DNA from: Phyllobates terribilis
Lineage: Eukaryota
Direction of reading: 5' to 3'
Assembly: GCF_046119375.1 (NCBI RefSeq)
Contig: NW_027362770.1
Coordinates: 99,572,001-99,636,000, forward strand
DNA length: 64,000 nucleotides
Positions 1 through 9,416 of this stretch are shown piece by piece. The notes beneath the pieces were generated by a model that did not search any database, was not told where the DNA came from, and saw nothing but the letters and a program-made list of their open reading frames with translations. The position numbers and the translations under genes were made by a program. Each line of letters begins with the position of its first letter. Positions within the stretch are counted from its first letter, which is position 1.

Positions 1-762
1 GAGATAAGAAATACTGTTGACCAGTAAGCCATAAGTGGAGAATGTGTAGCGACTGAGGAATCAAAGGGTTACGTTCAGAACAGTGTTACAGATCCAGCTT
101 CCCATCTGCAAAGCAGGAGTGCAGAGACAGAAAGGAAGTCACAGTGACTCACATTGACCCGTGTGACTCTTATACCAATAAGAAAGATCCTTCACCAAGA
201 GTGAGTACCTGCTGTAGCATAAACCGAGTTGACGGCTGCGTAATTCCCGTAGGCAGCTGGGCTACAGGGAAACGTGTCAAACTGTTCCTGGAGGTCGATA
301 GAGAAGTCTTTTATGACCAGGAAGGAGCACGGGGTGCTGCAACATAGTGGAGGATACGGTCAGTGAGAGGATAGAGCAAGGAAGCTCTTATGAGGAACTC
401 TGTTCCTCTGGAACTGTACCTAAATATTGGTCTGCGGTTTGCCATAAAACTAAAATATGAGTCTCTGACTTTTCCAGAAGAAATGTTCAAAGAAATGCAT
501 GTCGCTTAACAAATGTTGAAGATCTGGTTCAAGAATTCTAGTAAAGATGTTTTAAACTTTTTAAAACGGTTCTTGGCTTCCCTGATTCGTTGTGTAAATT
601 TTAAGGTCCCCATACTATCATACCACTTGTGGCCAGAAAAGGGTAAGCAGGTAATCCTCACAAAGCACTCACACACTCAGGGGTACCGGTTCAGGGTGTT
701 TAGGATTGCAAAGCAAACCTCGCCACCATGGAAGCAACCAGGGGCGAGAGTCGTCCCTTACA
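1..762. mobile_element. End of an unclassified insertion, possibly LTR-like; continues left of the window
   Basis: GC-richer block ending ...CCCTTACA at 762 (reads TGTAAGGG on the minus strand). Homology to the V2 upstream unit (15621 onward) resumes at 763 (CATTGTAATGGGTG). No recognisable protein. Confidence 0.35.
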
Positions 763-1843
763 CATTGTAATGGGTGAAATACACAATATTAATGACATGT
801 CCAGGATAAATTGACCTGCTTTTGATTTCAAATGCAAAACATTGGTCAATTGACACTGCATATATTTTGTGTGTGCGTAAGATTACGGAAAATCTCATGC
901 ACAATCAGATAATGTAAAACACAGTACCCTTACATTGACTTTTTAACTAGACTACAATGACCTGATTTTCTCTCGGTAGAAAATAAGAAAAATTGATTTA
1001 ATGAAATCGCACATTGCACTGGATTAAAATCAGTTGGTTCCTTTACACAATTGATTCATTAATTGATGTTAAAATTTCCTGTGGATTATGTTATATTTTT
1101 GAAGGATATTGTAGGTCCTTATCTGAAGAATTGACATGCCGAATTCTGGAATTTTTGGGAGTCTATAGGATAGTACTTTTGTGCTATATTGTCCATGTAC
1201 AATACTGCAGGGAAAATCATATATTTTTATATCTCCAAACACTCTAGATTTGTGATCCCTCCTACATGGAAAAATAAATATTTTCAAAAAACATAATAAA
1301 TTAATGAATTAAAGAGCGATCTGTTGTAGAATTCTGTGGCATTCTTTTTTTATATTCATCATTTGTACTACCTTTTGTAAGATATACTGTATATTCTGGG
1401 CCTAATTTAATAAAACCGCTAAATAAAAAAGTTTCCTTGTTACCTGACTGTCATTATTCCAGAGCACATTTAGACACAGAATCTGAGCTCTGATTTTTAT
1501 TGGACTGCTGTCAGTTATTTCCCTTCCGACTCTTTTATTCCCTGGTTGAATTTGATGAACAAAGGTCTTTTTTTAAACTTTATTTTATAACTTTGCAATT
1601 ATAATAATCTTCTTTTTACAACTACAAGGTTATATTTTGATGTACTTTTAAAGAAATAACTTTTCATGGTTGTTTATTCTTGTTTTATTAAAAATTAGCA
1701 TAGTGGCAGTTAAATTATGACACATAGATCATTTAAAAATACTTTATGCTTTTAAAATGTAAAGAGCATGTAAAATAAATATTTTTAAAATTTCAAATTT
1801 ACACATCATGAAGTAATTGAAAGACATTGTAATTCTGTATTTT

Positions 1844-1868
1844 CACCTCTGAGCGCCGCTGTTTAACC
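1844..1868 (+). promoter_or_regulatory. Pcdh promoter CSE (CGCT box, CTCF-type site) for V1
   Basis: CACCTCTGAGCGCCGCTGTTTAACC, identical before all six exons; CGCT-box CSEs are established for clustered Pcdh promoters. Confidence 0.9.
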
Positions 1869-2103
1869 ATAAAGGAGAAAAAATGCAAAACTAGAAATCC
1901 ACCGGTATTTTCCTTTGTCAGACACATTGATGATCTGCAGAAAGAACCACGGATCTTTTCTGGATTCTCCTGGATGCAAAGCTAAAGATACAATTTAAAA
2001 AGACAAAAACAGAAATCATGAACATTTTTCTGTTTAATATTTGCATTGGATGATAAAGTCTTACTGGATACATTATATAAATTAAGGAAAATCATCACTG
2101 AGG

Positions 2104-4524
2104 ATGGACAAAATGGAATCTTCTATACAGGGCTGCACAGGAATCAGATGGCAAGTAATATATGTCTTATTTTCTTATTTTTGTTACTCAATCTCTGGTC
2201 AGATTCATTACTCCATTGTAGAAGAAATGAGAAAAGATTCTGCAGTAGCAAATATTGCAGATGACCTTGGATTAGATATTAAGCAGCTCTCATCTAGAAA
2301 ACTGAGGATTGTGTCCAGGTCAGCAGAGAGATATTTCTATGTAAATTTAGATAATGGAAATCTGTATATAAAGGACAGGATAGATAGAGAGACATTGTGT
2401 GGTACGGAGGCTTCATGTTTCTTAACCTTTGATGCTGTGGTTGAAAATCCATTCAAGAATTTTAACATTAAAGTTGACATTCAGGATATTAATGACAATT
2501 CTCCACAGTTCTATCACAATTCAATTACTTTGGAAATAATTGAATTTACATCACCTGGAGCAAGATTTGCTTTACAAAGTGCAGAAGATCCAGATATTGG
2601 TAGTAATTCAGTGCAGACGTACAAGCTCAGTGATAATCAGTATTTTACACTCACTGAGGATATCAGAACAGATGGGAGTAAATATCCAGAGCTTGTCCTA
2701 GAGAAACCATTAGATAGAGAGAAACAAGACATTCATAGATTAATACTAACAGCCGTGGATGGAGGAAATCCTATCAGGTCTGGTACAACATTGTTAAAAA
2801 TTATTGTTGTAGATGCCAATGACAATGCCCCTATATTTATGCAAAAAATGTATAAAGTCAACCTAAAGGAAAATATCACAGTTAATTCTACAGTGATCAT
2901 GTTAAATGCTACAGACAACGATGAAGGGGTCAATGCACAGATCGCATATTCTTTTATTAAAACATCTGGAAACATACATCACACAGGAATATTTAGTATT
3001 AACCCAAAAACTGGTGAAATCAAGATCAATGGAGTCTTAGATGTTGAAGCAACAAAGAATTATGAACTTTCTGTACAAGCCAAGGATGGAGGAGGCCTTG
3101 TAGCTCATTGTAAGGTTCAGGTGGAAGTCATAGATGTAAATGACAATGCTCCTGAGATATCCATCACCTCATTATCTTCTTCTATTCCTGAGGACTCTGC
3201 CCCTGGAACAATGATCGCTCTGATTGAGGTTCATGACCAAGATTCTGGAGATAATGCAGATGTTGACTGCCAAATTCTTGAAGAAGTTCCTTTTAATTTA
3301 CTATCATCAAACACTTACTATAGACTTGTTTTAAGTGCTGCTATAGACAGAGAGAAAACATCTTCTTATAATATCACTATTATAGCTACTGATAGAGGAT
3401 CTCCACCTTTTTCCAGTAGACTAGTTCTCACATTGGATATATCAGATGTCAATGACAACCCACCAATATTTGCTAAATCTTCTTATGTGGCTTATGTGCC
3501 AGAGAACAATTTACCAGGGGCATCAATATTCAGTTTACAAGCCTCAGATCCAGACACTGGAGATAATGCAAAAATAATTTATTCAATATCCAATGCCATT
3601 AAAGAAACTTCATCAATGACATCTTATCTCTCCATCAATATTGAGACTGGAGTTCTCTATGCTCAAAGATCATTTGATTATGAGCAGAACAAGGAGTTTA
3701 TAATAGAAGTCACAGCCTCAGACAATGGATCCCCCTCTCTGAGCAGCAATGTTACATTATTTATCCATATAGTGGACCAGAATGATAATGCTCCAAAGAT
3801 CTTATACCCATCATCAGATACTGGTGGGTCAGCTGTGTTTGAGATGGTGCCTTTTGTTTCTGAGCCTGGTTCTTTAATAACTAAAGTGGTGGCAGTGGAC
3901 GTAGACTCTGGACACAATTCCTGGCTCTCTTATCATTTTATACAAGTGTCAGACTCAACTCATTTTGTCATAAGTGAGTACACAGGTGAGATCAGAACAT
4001 CACGTATCTTTCAAGAAAAAGACAAGTTAAATTACAAGATTGTGGTGATGGTGAAGGACAATGGACATCCCACTCTCTCTGCTACAACTACCTTAAGTCT
4101 TATTATTGCAGACGACTTTCAGCAGGTTGTTCCTAAGCTCAGCAACAAACTGAAAGATAAAGAAATTCAAAGCAACTTACAATTCTACTTAGTGGTTGGA
4201 CTTGCACTTATTTCTTTGCTCTTTATAATAACTGTGATGGTGGCGATTATATCCAAATGTAAGCAGCCAAAACCATTACCAGCCTTCTCTTCTCTCACTA
4301 CAAATCTGTATCCTCCAATTGATCCCAGGACCTTCTCCATGTATAGTGATGGATCGTTACCGTTACCATACTCATATAATATGTGTGTGGCACTAGATCC
4401 TGCTGAAGGTGACTTTGCTTACATGAATCCAAGTGGAAATGTTCCTGTGGAAAACCTGATTGATGCTGATAATACAGAACAAGGAACGGAATGTCTCAAC
4501 AAAATATCTCCAAGCGCTGAACAG
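2104..4524 (+). CDS. PCDHG: Protocadherin gamma variable exon V1 (signal, EC1-6, TM, variable cytoplasmic domain)
   Basis: Open frame with DxNDN, DRE/LDxE and DxD cadherin motifs, the EC1 DRETLC...C motif, TM FYLVVGLALISLLFIITVMVAII and cytoplasmic LPLPYSYNMCV. Phase-0 donor CAG|GTAAGA at 4524/4525. The exact paralog cannot be assigned. Confidence 0.95.
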
Positions 4525-5243
4525 GTAAGATGTTTTTACTTTCTGCCTGTTGTATAAGGCCTGAAATATGTACTTTGTGATTTCTAGAACTTTTTGTCCT
4601 TCAGAAAGAACTTTGTCTGCAGCTAATCACTTGCTATTATTGTAGTCTCTCTAGGAGTAAAATGGAAAATTAACAATGAAAACTTACTGATAATTTACCT
4701 GTGTCTGTAATTATCACAATATTTATGATTTAATAACTAGTGTTGAGCCACCCCCATAGTGTTCGAGTTCGGTTCGGTTCGTCGAACAACCGTGTGTTCG
4801 CCGAACTGTTCGTCGAACTGTTCGTCGAACACCTTCGAACACTGTTAAAACCAATGGCAGGCAAACAAAAACACATAGAAACACATAGAAAACACCTTCA
4901 AAGGTGTCCAAAAGCTGACAAACTGCTCAGAAGACATAACTAACACATGGAAAAGTGACAAGTACATATAGTCATGCGAAAAGAAAATAGGTGGAGGAGT
5001 AAAAGGAGGGGGAGACACAGATATAGGCATGTCATGCCCTTCTAAAATCCAAAAAGTGAGAAGCCGACACGGCCAGTCCGTTCCTGCCCGTGCCACCTCC
5101 GTGTCCCCGGGTTTGTGCCAGAGCCACGGTGGACCCTGACGGCCAGCCCCCCTCTCCCAATACTGGTGCCTGTCCGCTGTTGGGTAGAGCGAGCCCCCCT
5201 GTGGTGGAGGCAGCTCTAAGCTTTTAAATTTAAATTGTCTCTC

Positions 5244-5515
5244 TAATTTGAATGAATACACTTTAAATCCTTTTACAAGGATCTATTGGAGGGCAAGTCT
5301 CATGCCAGCAGCCGCGTAATTCCAGCTCCAGTAGCGTCCACTAAAGCTGCTGCAGTTAAAAAGCTTTTATAAGGATCGAGCTCGGCTGTCCACCGCAAGG
5401 CATCCTACCGCCAGTCCCAGCCCCTATGCCTTGGGGTGTCTCCTGATGCTCTTCACTGAGTATCCCGTGGTCCCGAAGCATTTCCTTTGAAAAAATTAAG
5501 TGTCCAAACTTCAGG
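5244..5515 (+). pseudogene. Decayed 18S rRNA fragment (helix 17/18 into V4) inside the hAT element
   Basis: CTTTAAATCC...GGATCTATTGGAGGGCAAGTCT..TGCCAGCAGCCGCG-TAATTCCAGCTCCA...GCTGCTGCAGTTAAAAAGC...GATGCTCTTCACTGAGT...CCCGAAGCATTTCCTTTGAAAAAATTA is collinear with vertebrate 18S as recalled; many substitutions and indels. Confidence 0.9.
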
Positions 5516-5619
5516 TGGTGTAGCTTGCTTAACAGCCGGGATAATCTGCTGACTAGCAGACACTGCTACTAGGCACAAAGTATTTCCTGGGCTAGATGCA
5601 GTTAAAAATTTGTAATTAG

Positions 5620-7430
5620 ATACTCTCGTTGGATGCTGAGAATGCATTCCATAGAGTCTCCTGGCATGCCATATATTATTCTCTTAAAAAGTTTGGGGTA
5701 GGGGTCTAGGGGACCCTTTTATAGCCGAAATCACGGCCCTGTATCGCAATACGTCACCTAGGCTGAAGATAAATGGAACTGTAGCACCCTGAGGGCTCGG
5801 TTGCTACAGAGGTATTGCACCTCACCCAATGGTGTGATATCTCACTCTCAGGTAAGGATGGAGTGTGGATCAGGACCCAACACCTGCATGCATTACACCT
5901 CATTCCCATGGGGCAGGGAGACCAATATGCCCCTGAGATGGGCACGACAGTCCCTATCCCTGGCTGGAGTGGGGGGAGGGAACACTGAGGAAGGGGAACC
6001 CTGTAGTGCAGGAGCAGGGAGGAAGCAGTTCCTGGGTGCATTGAGAAGGGAGTATAAAAGGTGGGCACCATCTTAGTTCAGTGCAGAGAAGTCTGAGCAG
6101 AAGTGACAGGGAGCAGGGGCTCTGCATGAGCTCTGCTCCGGTGGCGGGCGTAGTAACAGAGGCCCAGGCCTGGAAGAGGGAGAAGGAAGGAAGAGGAGTG
6201 GAGAAGGCTCCAGGAACGAGGAACGAAGGGATCCCAGGGGTGCGGACGGGCGAGTTGCCACCGCACGCCCGAATCCACCTGCGTGGAGTTGTCAGGCCAA
6301 AGGGGGAGACCGTTCCCCGAAACTAGTGGAGGCGGGAAACGACCCTCAGCTAGAAACCACATTTTATGTGGCGCAACTCCTTGCTACACCCGCTAGGAAG
6401 GCACCACATAGGGTCAGGGAAACTGGCGCCAAGTTTACCAAGAGGAGGCCCGAGGCAGCCGGACTGAAGGGTTGGTAAGAAAGGCAAGACAAAGGACACA
6501 CAAAGGGGGTCCTGTGAAGCGCTCCAATGTTATCTGGGAGTTGTCTGAGCCCCTCACCTGGTGAGCACAGTACGACGTGGGCAGCCGTTACCTGCAGAAG
6601 TGGTCTGGATAATAAAAACTGTGAGTAAAGGCCCTGGACTGCATCACTGACTCCGTTTCGTTACTGCTGCTGCCCTGCACCATCACCCCCATCCTCCGCA
6701 TACACTGCCCTGAGGCTATACTCCTCCCGTGGGAAGTTATGCTATGCTCTGCTGCACCCACAGCACCAGTTTCAGCGGTCTGCCCTGCAGCGGCGGTTCA
6801 CTCTGACCGCAATCCACGGGTGGCGTAGTCGGACATTTAAACATCAAAACCACATAAATAGTTCCGCCACTGGTTTTACCACCCTGAGCCATGGAACCGG
6901 GTCGCCGCCACGGAGACTACAACCATCAGCATCCACCAAAAAGGGTCCGGCTCCGGGTGTCCCAAGGCCCAGGGGGCGCGTCAGAACATTTTCATCACCT
7001 TTCATAATCACCAATGGGACAAGGCAGGGATGTCCTCTGTCCCCTCTCCTATACATCCTAGTGACGGAGCACCTGCTCTCATCAATTCGCCATAACCCCA
7101 ATATTAGGTGGATTGAGGTGGGAGGCACCGAGTACAAGTGCTCTCTATTTGCTGATGATGTCCTAGTATATATCACTCAATCACATATATCCATCCCTGC
7201 TGTTATGGCTGAAATAGATCACTTTGTTACATGGTCAAATTTTAAAATCAATGCAGCGAAGTCTGAGGCCCTCGATGTCTCCCTCCCCAAATCCATACAA
7301 GATTCCATCCAGTCCAACTTTCCCTTTGCCTGGCCCTCACAGGGTATCAAATACTTAGGAATTCCTATTCATAGAGACTTCTCCCGTCTGTTATCTTAAT
7401 TTTGGGCCCTTTATTGAACAACTCCATACA
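5620..7430 (+). mobile_element. L1-clade LINE reverse transcriptase fragment, split by a solo LTR
   Basis: ILSLDAENAFHRVSW at 5620; RLKINGT then FSSPFIITNGTRQGCPLSPLL rejoined across the LTR; SLFADDVLVY; IKYLGI. Confidence 0.9.
5780..6983 (+). mobile_element. Solo LTR, Gypsy-like (1204 bp)
   Basis: TG...CA ends; 4-bp TSD GAAC (5776-5779, 6984-6987); TATAAAA near 6054 and AATAAA near 6610; removing it restores the L1 frame. Confidence 0.88.
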
Positions 7431-7431
7431 G

Positions 7432-7503
7432 ACCACGGTTGGCAAGTTAGAACTGTAAGATTCATTACGTGAACCACTGGTGTTTTGTGGAAAAGCACAT
7501 GTA
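7432..7503 (-). pseudogene. Diverged duplicate fragment of the hAT transposase (part 1)
   Basis: Matches about 9872-9948 (CCACGGTTGGCAAGTT...AAAAGCACATGTA). Confidence 0.8.
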
Positions 7504-8860
7504 CACTGTGTTCCAAATTATTATGCAAAAAGTGTTTAGGAGTGATAAGGGAAGAATTTGTTTGTCAGTTAAACTCATTGATGGTGATGTGTGTCAGGGC
7601 TCTTTATATCACTGTAAGCAATTGCGGACACCTGTGCTAATTAGTTTGGCAGGTGTGTCCAATGAAAGGCAAGACTACTTAAGAAGGCTGTCCCACATTA
7701 TTAAGCAGCCTACATTTTCTGCCAAAATGGGAAAGAAAAAGGATGTGTCGGCTGCTGAGAAGCAACAAATTGTGGAGTGTTTAGGTCAAGGCATGACTAC
7801 AATCAACATTGTGCGATGATCAGGATGAAGTGTCTTGGCAATCAAGAAGTATGTAGCTGATTCACAGTACACACGTGTGCGTGCTGATAAGGGCAAATTG
7901 TGGACTCTTTCCTACAGGCAATTACGTCAGGTTAAAAGAGCAGCGGCAAAAAAGCCTTGTCATAGCAGCAGACAAGTTTTTGAAGCTGCTGGTGCCTCCA
8001 ACGTCCCCCGAACAACAAGATGCAGGGTCCTTCAGATTTTTGCAGCTGTGCGTACGCCATCCTGTCGACCTCCTCTATCCACTTCACACAAGCAGAAACG
8101 GCTCCAGTGGGCCAAACATTACATGAAGACTGATTTCAAAACTGTTTTGTTCACAGATGAGTGCCGTGCAACGCTCGATGGTCCAGATGGATGGAGTGGA
8201 GGATGGCTGGTTGATGGACACAGCACGCAAACACGGCTACAGCGCCAACAATGAGGAGGTGGAGTAATGTTTTGGGCTGGAATCATGGGGAGAGAGATTG
8301 TCGGCCCCTTTAGGATCCCTGAAGGGGTAAAGATGAACTCCATAATGTATGTGGAGTTTCTCAAACAGCACTTCCTTCCATGGTTCAAGAAGAAGAACCG
8401 TGTATTCCACAGCAAGATCATTTTTATGCATGATAATGCACCGTCTCAGGCTGCACAAAACACATCTGCATCTCTGACTGATATGGGCATAAAAAGGGAC
8501 AAACTTATGGTGTGACCCCCATGCTCCCCTCTCCGCTACCCCATTCAGAACCTCTGGAGCATCATCAAAAGGAGTGTCTATGATGGCGGGAGGCAGTTCA
8601 CATCTAAGCAACAGCTCTGGGAGGGTATTCTGTCCTCATGCAAAACAATTGAAGCAGAAACCATCCAAAACCTGACAAATTCAATGGACGAGAGAGTTCA
8701 GAAGCTCCTTTCGAACAAGGGGACCTATGTGCAAATGTAACATCACCGAGAATAAAGTTTTGAGTTGAAAACTGTTTGATTTCAGTTTCTAATAACCTGC
8801 TAATGCTTATAATTTCAAAAATGACCTTTTTTTTGGTCTTTATTAAAATGAAAAGGTTGA
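7504..8860 (+). mobile_element. Degenerate Tc1/mariner element, right TIR missing
   Basis: TA then CACTGTGTTCCAAATTATTATGCA; frameshifted transposase with MGKKKDVS, FTDECRATLDGPDGW, MFWAGI and MHDNAPS. Confidence 0.88.
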
Positions 8861-8869
8861 TCGAAGAGT

Positions 8870-8990
8870 GTGGGGGATCTAAGAGAGTGGCAACCCAGTA
8901 GTCAGGATTACTTCGAATTCTGACAATCTGAGGGTCATGTTGCAGGTAGTGCAGCAAGAAGGCACTTATGTGTCTTGCGCATCTCGGAGC
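8870..8990 (-). pseudogene. Diverged duplicate fragment of the hAT transposase (part 2)
   Basis: Encodes LHYLQHDPQIVRIRSNPDYWVATLLDP, matching about 10028-10145. Confidence 0.85.
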
Positions 8991-9370
8991 CCCAAAATTA
9001 TTTTCCGGGCTAGATAAAGCTAAAAATTATTATTAATTTTAAATCTGGTAGAGCTTAGTATAGATGGCCTAATAGAATCAGTACTGCACACTGCTACAAA
9101 GCCCAAATTATTTTCCAGCCAAGATACAGATAAACATGATTAGTAATTTTAAATCTGGTGGAGCTTAGTATACATGGCCTAATAGAATCAGTGCTGCCCA
9201 CTGCTACAAAGCCCAAATTATTTTCCAGCCAAGATACAGATAACATGATTAGTAATTTTAAATCTGGTGGAGCTTAGTATATATGGCCTATTAGAATCAG
9301 TGCTGCACACTGCTACAAAGCCCAAATTATTTTCCAGCCAAGATACAGATAAACATGATTAGTAATTTGA
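8991..9370. repeat. 110-bp tandem array A (about 3.5 copies)
   Basis: GCCCAAATTA recurs at 9101, 9211 and 9320. Confidence 0.9.
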
Positions 9371-9416
9371 AAGCTTAAAATGGTTGGTGAGGTGATTTTA
9401 ACCAATCATCAAGCTT

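Noticed and set aside
3678-3917. Antisense ORF of 79 aa recurring in several exons (also 19198, 26985, 52064)
   Set aside because: Non-ATG starts; recurrence is explained by near-identity of the sense coding strand.
4525-4557. Read-through codons after the donors treated as true C-termini
   Set aside because: Phase-0 GT donors at homologous positions fit splicing to constant exons; the ORF-track ends are intronic.
5244-5515. Functional rRNA gene
   Set aside because: Only about 270 bp, with mutated invariant positions and no flanking rDNA.
5754-6362. Several 80-105 aa ORFs
   Set aside because: Chance ORFs in a GC-rich solo LTR; no domain motifs.
6961-6983. AGGGGGCGC CTCF-like core at the LTR end
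   Set aside because: The 5' half of the motif matches poorly; likely chance in a GC-rich terminus.
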